This document shows positions 41,165 to 54,200 of a DNA stretch of 64,000 nucleotides, one piece after another. Location of the stretch: positions 11,346,001-11,410,000 of the forward strand of contig CM022672.1 in the NCBI GenBank assembly GCA_012295275.1, given 5' to 3'. Both the position numbers and the translations under genes were made by a program. This DNA is from Chrysomallon squamiferum (taxonomy: Eukaryota > Animalia > Mollusca). The notes below the pieces were generated by a model. It saw nothing but the letters and a program-made list of their open reading frames with translations, did no database searches and was not told where the DNA came from. Numbering within the stretch: position 1 is the first letter of the stretch; the number at the start of each line of letters is the position of its first letter.

Positions 41165-41290
41165 CTGGGCCTTTCCCTGTTCCAGTAAAAGTGGTAAGTG
41201 CTGTCCTGTTTAGTGGGAAAGTACATATAAAATATCTGTTGGTGTTTATTGTAAAGTGCCGACTGTTCGTTTCCTCAGTCATAACATAAT
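41165..41290 (+). mobile_element. SINE relic (Meta-domain-like)
   Basis: GTGGTAAGTGCTGTCCTGTTTAGTGGGAAAGTACATATAAAATATC is the plus-strand version of the core at 30228. Confidence 0.6.
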
Positions 41291-41419
41291 TGTATATTAT
41301 TATTATTATTATTATTTTTTTTAATGTATATTGTTAACCATTCACAGAATATGTATTGAGATGTTAAATATCCATATGTTGACAGTTGAATGTCCTTTGG
41401 CAAAGTTATTCATAACGTA

Positions 41420-41520
41420 ATGAAAGCAATCAGAGTAACCAAATTTGGTGGACCGGATGTCCTGCAGCTGGAGTCAAACATCCCAGTTCCAAAACCAAAT
41501 AAAACAGAAGTAATACCTTT

Positions 41521-41557
<37 letters not shown>

Positions 41558-41701
41558 TTCTTGTAAAAGTTTCACAAATAACACCATATATATATAATAT
41601 AAAAAAAAAAATTAAAAAATCAAATCAAAATCTTGTTTTGATCAAAACTTCAAGGACATTAAATACCTATATAAAAGAGTTATAAAATATGTCAATAGCC
41701 A

Positions 41702-41732
<31 letters not shown>

Positions 41733-42308
41733 TTATGAATGATATTGGAGAGTCATAAATTTTAAAACTTTTTAAAAAGTACTGAATAAATAAAAAATGA
41801 AAAATGTGTTTGTTTTAGAAAGTTTATCATTACAAGTTTGCATTCTATTATCATTATTTTATTATCAAAAATTGATTGCAAAATATGCAAAAATTATTTA
41901 TATAGGCCATTTATAAACTTCAAGCAAAATATTCCACAATTTTAAGGGTATTTATTAAAAATACGACTTCAGTGTTAATATTTTTCTAAATGCAGCTTCT
42001 GATTAAAGTATTAGCAGCTGGAGTTAATCCAGTAGATACCTACCTTCGTTCTGGTCAGTATGCCTGGCTTCCTGAGCTGCCATACACTCCTGGTTCTGAT
42101 GCAGCTGGTGTGGTTGAAGAGACAGGTTCAGAAGTAAAGCGATTCCAGGTATTTTGCTTGTCATATTCAGTGACATTAGTAAATAAACTTGTTAAAATTG
42201 CTTGTTGTATTCAAATTGTATACATTTTTTAAAGTGATCAAAATAAAAGACATAACAAGACCTTTCTCAAATGTACATCACTAAACATGAAAAGATGTAA
42301 TTTATTCT

Positions 42309-42358
<50 letters not shown>

Positions 42359-44182
42359 ATATTTATATTAACATTTAGAAAAATATGGGTTGGTTGAAAA
42401 TTTTATATTCTTTTTGATTATCATTTAATTGTTGATTTGCTTTATTTATTTATTTATTTATTTATTTACTAATTTATTTATTTTAAATTAAAATAGAAAG
42501 GTGATCGTGTATGTGCAGCTTTTCGGAACAGTGGAACATATGCCGAGTACACAGTGTCTGATGAAACATTTGTTTGTCATCTCCCAGACAGTCTGAGCTT
42601 TGATCAAGGAGCAGGGATAGGCATTCCATTTTTCACAGCATACAGATCCATCTTTCAAAGGTAATAACTTTGTATGGATGTTTCTTAACGTGTGATGCAT
42701 TACAGCAAAATGAGCCAGTAATTAGAATTGAGATTTGAAATAAAAGTTGACAGTTTTCATACATCCTTAGCAACCAGAAAGACAGGTGATTTGTATGGCA
42801 GTTTTAATTAATGAAACAGAAAGTTTGGGCTGTAAAGGATATCAGTATTAGTGAAAATACTTATAAATGTTAATTAGAACTGCATATTATAGCCACTAAA
42901 TGGTGGTCATTGAACAGGAAAGTGGAAATTTTGCCACATTTTTTATTAATGAAAAATTTAAATAATAGATGTAACAATTCTATTATTATTTGTTTGTTTG
43001 TTTGTTTGTTTATTTATTTTTCTATTTATTTATTATTAACATTTTTTTTTCTTTTAAAAACATGATAAAAAAGAGCTGGTGCCACACCTGGAGAAATAAT
43101 TCTAGTTCATGGAGCAAGTGGAGGGGTAATTACAAAATATTAACTTTCATAGTAAAAAAAGAACATAACAGTCTTCTTTTCTGAAATATTAAGCAACAAA
43201 CATTGTTTTACATAATCCAGTAATCCTGTTATATTTTGAATGCATATTGTCATAAATATTGACTAGTATCCTATATTTGTATTATTTGATATTTTATTTC
43301 CTTGTAAGAAACAAAAGTAGTTTATAATAACAGTCCTTATTTTTTAATTATGGGTGCTAAATAAATAGAATGTCATGATGATGAGGGTTTATGTTCTAAT
43401 TATTTCAGGTTGGAACAGCCTGTGTACAGATTGCAAAGGCTCATGGGATGCGTGTGTTTGGTACAGCAGGTTCTGAGGCTGGGCTGGAGTTGGTTAAGAA
43501 TCTAGGAGCAGACGCAGTTTTTAATCATAGAGAGGAAGGATACACAGACAAAATTATGGTACAGTACATCAAAATTCACATGCAAGTAACAGATAAACAA
43601 ACAAAAAACCTATAATAATAACAAAAAAAACCAACAACCCAGTAGTATATTTATAAATGACAGGAAGCTTATATAGATAAATTCAAAATTATGTATAGAT
43701 TTTTACAAGTAAACATTGCTAAAAAATGTTAGATTTAAAAAAAATATATATTTCAATTTGCTTTTATTTACAAGCCATTCAGAAACATCTGCAAAGAATT
43801 CATAAACAGTGCTATAATTTTCAAAGATTATTGTACAAATTTATTATTAAATTTGCATTTTTCACCTGATTGGACAGACATGCAAAATTACAATAATCTT
43901 GAATAATAAAAAATGGACATATTTGTATCTTCTATTAAAGTTAACATAACTAGGATAAGTGCAAAGTGAGATATTTTTGACAAGCATTTGTAAGCAGTGA
44001 AAATCATTTAAATTTAAAATGTAAAATAAGGTTTTAATATTTGCAGGAAAAGACTAATGGAAAAGGTGTTGATGTCATATTAGAGATGTTGTCAAATGTT
44101 AATTTGCAGAAAGATTTGGAAATGGTTAAATTTCAAGGTCGTATAGTGGTATGTACATATGAGATAAAAATATAATTTAAAT

Positions 44183-44215
<33 letters not shown>

Positions 44216-45294
44216 TTTTGCAGGAGTAATAAAATGAGAACATTATTTTCATATTTAACTGTTAAAATGTAAATCCATTTGTATTATCTCTAGCTTTCTG
44301 TCCACCTCTTTGTTTTACATAAAACAGACACCAGACTTAGTTTAGTTATTAGTGTTCTGTTTTTTTTTGTATTTTACCAAAATATCTTTTTCAAATCTGA
44401 GATGGTATAATGAAAAAAAAAATTAAACAATGGTAGAGGTATATGATAACCAGATACTGTATTGGATATATGAAAAGCAAAAATGGTGTTATACTGGAGA
44501 TCCATATTTGTATGTGCAAATACTCATAGATATATAATTTTACTCTTTTCTCTCTGCTAGAATATTGGTGCTAGGGGTACAGTGGAGATCAACCCAAGAT
44601 TAACATTAGCTAAGGAATGTACTGTAACTGGTGTGGGACTTGCAAACTCTACAGAGGTATTACCTTCTTGTGACTGGATTATTTTAAAACATTAAGCTGA
44701 TGCTAGTGATAGTCAGGGAACAAAAACAGAAAAAGAATAACAGCTTCAAACTACGATAATGAATAATGGAGTTAATTTAAAAAGCTAAATATGTTTCACA
44801 AATAATATTAAATTTATTTAGTAATATTTATTTGCTGTAATATTTAAATAGATTTTTTTTTTCTGATTCTAGAGTATAATATAGATATTGAATTAGTTAT
44901 TGATGGATATATAGAAAGCATCATGATCACACAAACAAAAAAATACAAAAAAATAAATGAATAAAATATCAAAAATAATAACAATAATAATTATAATAAT
45001 AAAGTAATAAAGTAATGAAAAAATAAATAAATACTAACATTAAGAAAAGAAAAAACAGACTAAATTTAAACTAATTATAAATTTTTGTAAGCAGAATATA
45101 AGTATATTAACATAATTTTTGGTTTATTTTAGTTGGATTGGGAAAAAATGTGTAGCGCTGTTGAAGCTTGGCTCAAGCTTGGATGGGTCAACCCTAAAGT
45201 TGGGAAAACTTTAGCTTTAGGCAAAGCATACCAGGCTCATGATGAAATAATAAACACAACTAGTGCTCAGGGAAATATCATTTTAAATCCATGA
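41420..45294 (+). CDS. CRYZ: Quinone oxidoreductase / zeta-crystallin, copy 2, ~322 aa
   Basis: Exons 41420-41509, 41996-42148, 42497-42660, 43074-43125, 43409-43558, 44047-44148, 44561-44656, 45133-45294 (969 nt). Intron positions and phases are identical to copy 1. Motifs [47 protein letters not shown]. Confidence 0.95.
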
Positions 45295-46913
45295 AGCCAT
45301 AAATATGAGCAACACACAGAACTTTTTTCAAAACTGTAAACAGAAAATCAGATGAAAAACAAATAATTAATTTGATTAAGGAAACATTTTATTATCTACA
45401 AGTAAGCATGGATGTTGCAATTTTAGTTTATTAAGTAACATTTCTAATTATAACTTGATAAAGGAAAAAAATTAAATAAAAAATGAATAGATCACTTTAC
45501 ATATGGCAATTTTACAACAATATATTATTATGCTTTATCATATATACTGTTTTATATAATCCAATAATTCCGATTTATTTTTAATGAATATTGTCATAAA
45601 TATTGTTTGCTATCCTTTATTTTTCTGTTTGATATTTTATTTTCCTTGTAAGAAACAAAGTGTTGTTTGTAATAAAATTCCTAACTTGTTAGTTTTGGGC
45701 AACTTAATAAACAGAATGCTGGCAAGTTATTTTTTTATTTGTGAACATAGAAAATGAATGTACACAATTCATTTAATTAGTTTTTCAGATACATCAACTT
45801 TCTTCTTTTTTTTTTTTGCTTATGATGGTAACATAAAAATAATGATAAAATCATTTTAAACAGCATTATCATTATACATCAAGGCAAATATTTGTTGAAT
45901 ATGATTGAACTGAAATAATTGTTTCTGAACAAACAAAATTAGAGATATAAATGGACGCATAAATGAGACATAAATGGATGCAATTATTGCTTGATATAGT
46001 TTAGTAGACGGTGATTGACTGAAACAAGTTTAGCATACAGTGATCAACTAAAACAAGATATGCTTTAATAGCATTGACTACAATATGACTGTACAAAAGA
46101 CAAAAATGCTTGCATGATAGTGATATATGTATACAGTTGCAAGAAACAGAAAATAGGCAAATTATTTTTAAGGATTTCTTTTTTGCCATCACCTACATAT
46201 TTACTCTAAATTTTTATACCAAAAATAAAAAAACGCAATTTATGTCCAAGTAATATATTTTGCCTCAAATAAAATTAATTTTGTTTATAGAAAATAATAA
46301 CAATAACAATAATAATAATTTATAAAATGAAACAGTACACATCAGTAGATTAAATATGTTTAAAATAATTATAATATAATAATTCAAAATATTACTTTTC
46401 AAATTTGCAAATATAAAAGCGATAACAATCCATTTTTTTCTTTTTTAATAAATGTTTTTCAGTATCTCAGATTTATAAAACTTTATCCAGTATATTTTAA
46501 TTTTCACATCAGTAGCATTTTATCTGAATATCAAAAAAACAAAAAAAACAAAACAACATTATATACTTTGAATATTTTTATTTCAAAATCTAGTTGTTTT
46601 CTTTTCTTTTTCTGGTTGAAATATTTTTCTACAATTAGTAATTTCACATTTTATTATTTGTTTTTGATGTGAATACAGATTTTTACTATGTGTTTTTAAT
46701 ATGGTAATATTAACAACAAACAAACAAACAAAACATAAATAAATAAAATAATCATATATATTTACCATTATTTTTAAAATTAATTATCAGTAATATTATC
46801 AACCTCCTAATAACTAAAATATTTTAATAATAATATTTTATGATGAAGGAGGACAAAATACTTTTACATTTTATATAAAAAACATTATTAAATAAAAAGA
46901 CAGAAAATAATTA

Positions 46914-48615
46914 TCAGTCATTAGTAACACTTTTTCCTTCTACTCCAAAATAAAGACTGAATATATTTTCACAACCACATTTTTGAAGATATTCGTAAAA
47001 TTTTCCCAAGTCCATGTGATATTCTCGTCCTTTCCCAGGTCTGCCATCCAAAACTAATTCACAAAAATTATCAAACTTTTGAAAATCTTTTAATGACTTT
47101 TTCATCATCTGAAATTCTTCCTTCTCTTTAACTGCTATTTTTTTCCAGTTCATTCTTCGTATTCGGAACCACATTTCTTCAACTTGGCTGCTGTAACCCT
47201 CAACACAGATTACTCCTGGCTTCCCAGGCATTGAAAACCCTGTCACTTTAAGCTCGTGTGCCCAGTCAAGAATGTCTCTGCGTTTGGTTTTGTTGTAGAT
47301 ATGGTGACTGTAAATCCACAAACGAGTGAATGCAGTCTCTGCTGTCGACACTTTTCGAGAAGGAATGGGAATAACTTTTACAAAATATTGGGATGAATTT
47401 TCCTGAAGCCACTGAATAATGGCACCAATGCAGAGCTCTCCATTTTCAAGAGTAGTAATGAAATCTGAGAGAGCTTCGTTTAGCTGTTGATGGGATTCAC
47501 GACTCAACTCTGGAGCTCGGAAGAAGACCTCTGGTGCACATGAAGGATATTTATGCGATAAATGAACCACCAATTCTATTTCTTGGTTCTGAAATAAAAT
47601 AAAATTAATACATATACATACACTGTATTGTATGCATGTGTGCTTACATAGCTACATAGGTATGTTTCTACATACATAAATATATCATGACCTACATACA
47701 TTCAGACATACCCAGAATCTGACTCACTTTAAAACAATGACGTACTGATTAAAAATAAAAACCTTCTCCATAATGTCATATGACCTGTATTCCATTACAT
47801 CTCATACTGTTAACTTTCATGTCAGAAAATGGTGTCCATTAGATATCAAGATAAACAATAAGAACTTGAATATAGAGCATGGCAAAGGCTTTTGAAAAGT
47901 CCTTATTGGCATAGAAACAGTAATATCATAACATTAATGGAGATTATTCCATTTTGAGTTATTTTATGTCTAAATACACACTGACAGACTCGTACAACAA
48001 TTTAAAACAAAATATAAGAACATCATGACATTACAATGACTACTTTTTATAAACTATATAATAAATTTTATCTGTTATTATAATCATATTTTTATTATGT
48101 GTACTGATTTAAATCAATTCTCTCATTATTAATTAATTGGACTCCATATCAGTTTTCCTAGTGTAGTTAAAAAGTATCTACTGATACAGTAATTCTTTCT
48201 AAATTTTGGTTTACACCCAACTAATGCTGCCACAGCAAGACTAAACATTGCTGTTATTAAGAGATAGGCTTATTGTGAATTAGGCCTTCTATACCTCACT
48301 CCTTGGACTATTGAGAGTCTCATTTCCAGGCTTTTGGGGCTAATTTCAAAATGGCTTGAGTCCAAAGATTTAAACTAAAATGGTTAAAAAATTAAAAAGT
48401 ACCTTGTTACCATCCACTGTTATTCTGACACTAAATCCTATTCGTGTCTGTAAGTATTCATATTTAATTTTCCCATCAACAAAGGCTTGTATTTCTCTAA
48501 GTGCTGTTCGACTATCAAGGCTGAATTCTCCTGGATTTGAAAACATGCTGGCAAGCATCTCCACTTCTGATAACTGCAATTCTAACATCTGTTTCAGATC
48601 CACTTCAGTCTCCAT
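46914..48615 (-). CDS. RWDD2: RWD domain-containing protein 2 (RWDD2A/2B family), ~295 aa
   Basis: Exons 48615-48403 and 47588-46914 (888 nt). N-terminal RWD domain (LELQLSEVEMLASMF...YPS.APE), then TRLWIYSHHIYNK.KR..IL.WA.EL..TGFSMPGKPGVICVEG and HMDLG...FGVEG. An in-frame stop upstream supports ATG 48615. Confidence 0.93.
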
Positions 48616-49605
48616 GTTGATTCTTTTTTCCCTCTTGATGTTCTATTTCTAAAAAAAATAATAACAAAAAAAAGAATCATATATTAATGGAAGTTGCACT
48701 ACTCAGATGCATGCCATCATAAAACAAAACAAAAAATTAATAATAAAATAACCGAAAAAAATCAATAAATAAATAAAATAATAAATAATAAATAAATAAA
48801 CAAAAACAGAAAATAAACAAAACCTCATGAAAAAAAAAAAAAAAAGTAATAGTCAGATATTACAAAAAAGAGTTTTAAAATCCCCATATATGTAAAACAT
48901 ATGTCAATAAATGAATGAGATCTTGGTATTATAGTATGTCTTCGTCTGCGAAAGAGTAAGTTTGACGTGTCCACCTACGATAGTAACTAGTCAATTTAAT
49001 ATTTATCAAACACACTAAACACAGTGCTGATGCAATATCAAATAATCTTGTACCGTTTCTGTAAAACAACAGGTGCGATGTGCGTCAATGAAACTTGTTT
49101 AAAATGATATGATAACTGATATATACAAGCAGATGTCACTAAAATGAAAAGACGTTTAAATGTCTTCTTCCGACATTTCTCCAGTTTTTTTAACTAGCTA
49201 ATACGGTTATCTCCCTTGAGCCAAGATTCCTTTAACACGGATATGCGAATGCATTATGCAAATTGTGTGATTGTAAGATACCATAATTATTAGCGTTTCA
49301 CAATGCGTTTTCATTGTATTTCTTTTTTTACTTTTAGTTTATTTGTTTGTTTGTTTGTTGTTGTTGTTGTTGTTTTTGTATGATTTTCTTTACTGTGCTT
49401 GCTTAATACAAGCGGAATGTCCAGCTGTAGGTCTACATTGATCACCGTTGAAATGTACCCAAGACAAATAATTATATGATCTTGGCTGCTTACAACTGAA
49501 TTTACTGTACATGAAGTGGGCACCTCTTAGGTTCAATGAGCTGTTCGGAACTTTCCTTTGAAATCTTGCTTCTCGGCATTTTTTAAGCTGTATAATGTCA
49601 CCAAT

Positions 49606-49839
49606 ATGTCTAGAAAAACCCGGGGTTTTTTACTCATAGTTTTGATTCTCTCATCCGAGTTTGTGCACAGTTCCCGCGCGAAACGCTATATGTTGCGGTT
49701 AAGTTTTTCGCATTCGCAATTACGTGAGATATCGCATTCGCAGTCATATGAGAAATCGCATCCGCAGCCGGATATAAGCAATCACAATAAAAACAACAAC
49801 AATAATGACTTTATCAAAGATACAGATGCATTTAGGTGA
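49606..49839 (+). CDS. Orphan ORF resembling a secreted peptide precursor (77 aa, possibly only an exon or a pseudogene)
   Basis: MSRKTRG-FLLIVLILSS-EFVHS (signal-peptide-like), then RAKR (R-X-K-R furin consensus) and three in-frame 24-bp repeats (SHSQLREI/SHSQSYEK/SHPQPDIS). No homolog recognised. Confidence 0.3.
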   Translation: MSRKTRGFLLIVLILSSEFVHSSRAKRYMLRLSFSHSQLREISHSQSYEKSHPQPDISNHNKNNNNNDFIKDTDAFR

Positions 49840-50163
49840 AGGCTGGGATTCCACTTACCCGACACCGAACCACACTAGAACGAAACCAAAACGTAACAGC
49901 TTGCTCTCACACCAAATTCAAATAAATGAATCCATTAAAACGATTGGTCGTTGCGAGTCTGCGTCTTTACTTCGGGGTTTTGCTGTGGGCCATAAGACAA
50001 AAGATGCAAAAGCTAATTGTCACAAATTATCATTTATACTGGTGTTGCAATTATGGCCCATACATTGTGAAACAGTCGAGTATCCATGTTTGCTGGTGCA
50101 GGACATCATAGAGCACAAGTTATATTTCTGTTACATTTAAAAAGAACGAAAAAACTACTAATA

Positions 50164-50220
<57 letters not shown>

Positions 50221-50744
50221 TACATACATACATATATATATATATATTTTTTTTTTAATTCCAGAGAAGAAATACATCCGACACGAAACAAATCGCTAAA
50301 TCGAATTTAAAATTATTGTAATCTGTGCATAATGTATATATACAAACATCATTTTAAACATATTTCGTGTATCTAGATTATTAACATGCCTTCAGCTAAG
50401 AGTCTAAAATTTTTGGTTCATCACTTATTTTAGAGCATATTAAATTGGTTGTACACAGTCATTACATATCATATACAATGTGTAAATTTGTAATCAAAAC
50501 TCATTTCTAATTTGCAGTCTGACTACGTTCGTATTGCGACCAGTTAAATTTTACCAAATGAGTCAAGTGAAAAACTATTACTGTTGGTGTGGACATGAAA
50601 CAAATTCACCAGTAACAAACTCAATTGAAATCACGTTGGTAACTGTTTCATATGCCACATACATACCGAGCAAACTACATTAACTTAAAAATTATTTTAC
50701 TCAAGTCAAAGTCAGCCAGCCTTTTAGAAACTGCAAAACAGTAT

Positions 50745-51070
50745 GTTGGTGAATACTGTCATCACATCAAAGAGAATGTTGCTAGTTACTGACATTATAT
50801 GAAATAAGACATTGATAGTTACTGATATTATGGCAAAAATAGTTACTGACATTATATCAGACAGAAGGTTAGAAATTACTGATGTTATAGTAAAGATAAT
50901 GTTGGTAGATATTGATATTATTGTCAAGTGATCGTTGGTAGTTACTGAGATTGTAATAAAGAGAACTTTGTTAATTACTGATATTACATTAAAAAAAAAA
51001 AAAAACACTTGTAGTTACTGATATTATATTAAAGAGAACATTGGTAGTCACTGACGTTACTGTAAAGAGT
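50745..51070. repeat. 33-bp minisatellite, ~10 degenerate units
   Basis: Unit ~AAGAGAA.GTTGGTAGTTACTGAYATTATA.TA; same family as 58790-59380. Confidence 0.9.
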
Positions 51071-51077
51071 ATGAGTC

Positions 51078-51151
<74 letters not shown>

Positions 51152-51429
51152 CATACAAACAACATTATCTCCTTATTATCTATTTAATCTCATCAAGTTA
51201 TTTACTTACTTTCTGATATATATATATATATATATCCCTCGAATTAATGAAAAAAAAAATCATTAATTAATTGTGAATAAATAGCAAACTATATTACTTT
51301 TATATATATATATATATCAAACTGTATTATACTATTGTTATATAATCAAAATATATACGCATTATATTTTATAACAACATAACTTAATTGTTATACTTTG
51401 TTATTAGATATGACACATCACCAATAATC

Positions 51430-52370
51430 ACGGTGAGGAAAAACGATAGCGCTCTCTGTTCTGCAAAACTTGAGTGTCCCGTGCAAATATTTAAACTCCT
51501 CCACAGTCCAAAGTTTTGGCATTTTAGGGTACACGGGAACCGCATCCCGGCGTCTCGAAACTGATATCCCTTGTCTGACGTTGTTTATATACCCAGCGGA
51601 CGCGGACGTCAAAGAAAGCAAGTTAGGTTAACGCCTGAAATAACGTCGCGAAGGAGTTGTGTTTCTGTCCTCGAAAATTGTCGTCTTAAAATTTATTACT
51701 GTGATATTTCGCTACATTAATTACGTGTGTATTCGGTCTTTTGTGTCAATATTTTTTTATTATTATTTTTTTTTATCGGAAAAATATACAAACAAATAAA
51801 TTGTGGAAACTGGCTAAAATACGATAAAAACAAAACATAATCTAAAGTTGTATGCATTTTAATAATAAATTTTAAAATCTGTACTTTGTTTTTGATATTA
51901 TTTTTAATGGCTATCATATGACTAAGCAATAAGGAATATGAAATCAACACTGTTTTACCGTATACACTAATAATCTAAACAGAAAAACACAAACACAGCT
52001 CTTATATCATTAACAGTGGCTTTAATCAGCGGTGATGTAGAGCTGAACAAATATTCCAAATTCTTACGCATTCATAACTAGAAACAGTCGACTTACGTTT
52101 CTACAAGAAAAGGGGAAAAAGATATTATAAATATAAAAATATAATAACATGAAATAAAACAACAACAACAAAACAACAAAAACACAACAACAACAACAAA
52201 ATCCACTAAACAGCTCTTCCTGAAATACATTTGTCCATGATCTTTTTGATTTTTTTTTAATCATTAACAAATTTAAACTATACAAATATTAATTTAGTAA
52301 CTAAAATTAGTCAAAATCTAATGTAAAGTTGCAGAAATATTCACTAAAGTTACGCTTTATTATTCTATAA

Positions 52371-52400
<30 letters not shown>
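51430..52400 (+). repeat. Dispersed repeat segment; inverted paralog of 23620-24030, with extra sequence at ~51515-51670 and ~51910-52255
   Basis: Matching blocks at ~51431-51510, 51674-51742, 51837-51905 and 52255-52370. Confidence 0.85.
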
Positions 52401-52431
<31 letters not shown>

Positions 52432-52730
52432 TAACAATAATAATATTGTTGTTATTATTATTATTAATTAATTTGTTTGTTTGTTTGTTTGTTTGTTTGT
52501 TTGTTTGTTTATTTATTTATTTATTAATGTTTAAAAAATATGATTCTGAAATTAATTCTTCCACATGAAGATATAGTTGCATACTTAACTGATTTATATT
52601 CCTCCTTAACATATACAAAATATCAATTTAGTCATTTAAACTTGGAAAATTAAAGCAAAATTTAAGCTTTCTAATATTTGTATTAGTGTAATTCAGTTTC
52701 TATAAATAAGTATCGGGAAAAACCCCACAA

Positions 52731-52783
<53 letters not shown>

Positions 52784-53317
52784 AACAAAATAATTACTAC
52801 AGCAACAAATACTACTACTACTGCTACTTACTACTAAAATAAATCAATAAATCAATAAATTAAAACAATGCATGCAATCCAAATTATTCGTATTATCAAA
52901 AGTACAGTTTAAAACGAATTCCTAAGAGGTTGGCCATGGCCATTCCTTAAATTGAGATTACAACAGAAACTCGTGTCCTCCACACACCCCGTCAACATGT
53001 TTTTGCATAAATTAACAATCCTGAACACTACTGCAAATACCGTTGATTAAATCTTTGTGAATTTCGCTCTTAGTGATTTTTTTTTTTAATGTTAATCTTC
53101 GGAAGGATCGCCACATTCACATTGTTCTGTCGTGAGTAATGGACATACGGATATTTTTGCGATTTAAATTTTGTTACAGTAGAGAGCTTTATTGAAAAAT
53201 AAGACATGCGAACAATTATTGCTCAAGAATTAAATTCTGGAAATTAATAAGGGAGTCTTTTAGAAATTTAATAATTATTTTGAATATGTTATAATATCAG
53301 CGATATGGACAAAATTA

Positions 53318-53354
<37 letters not shown>

Positions 53355-53355
53355 G

Positions 53356-53386
<31 letters not shown>

Positions 53387-53398
53387 ACAAATATTTAA

Positions 53399-53812
53399 CT
53401 TCCTGGAATGCCATAGAAATATGTCGGCCATGGAAAATAATAAAAAGATAAGAATAAACATAAGAATAAAAGAAAAACAGAAACAACTATAACAATGTCA
53501 CTTCTGTCGACACTAAATTTACCGTCATCAGCGATATCGTCATTGTCATCACTGTCATTATTATGATTACAGAAAGTTTTAATAATGGACATCGAATTCG
53601 CAGAGTGGACAGCATTACGTAATAATGACAGATAATGGAGAGCTCAGCACCGTCAGACAACTCCTGGTGGAATTACAACACTACATCTTTTGAATCTGGT
53701 TCAGCGAAACTTATAGCAATGTCAAAACACAAACAACTGAGACTGAGAAGATGTTTTAGGTACAGCCTGAGTATTTGTCACGACCGACATATTTCTACGG
53801 GATACCAGGAAG
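53399..53812. mobile_element. Non-autonomous piggyBac-like DNA transposon (MITE)
   Basis: TTAA|CTTCCTGGAATGCCATAGAAATATGTCGG ... CCGACATATTTCTACGGGATACCAGGAAG|TTAA: ~40-bp imperfect TIRs flanked by a TTAA duplication; no transposase ORF. Confidence 0.8.
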
Positions 53813-54041
53813 TTAATTATGTAAAACTCTGATGACTGTGATGTGACAGTGATGTAACAATAATGACAATGGTATGGCATTTATGACATTTTATATGACA
53901 TTTATGTGACAGTGATATCACTGATTTGGCATATTTGTAATTTAAGTGACACTGAAGACTTAAATGCATCTTCAACAGTTTTTACACGTCTGTGGAGAAT
54001 CTGAACATACGTTTTCCAAATGATTTGATAACTATAACTTC

Positions 54042-54121
54042 TAATCGTCCGTAATTATCATTATTACGGAATTCTTGTTCACCACATGTTACATAAATTC
54101 CCGTGCAACTGCACACTCAAC

Positions 54122-54200
<79 letters not shown>

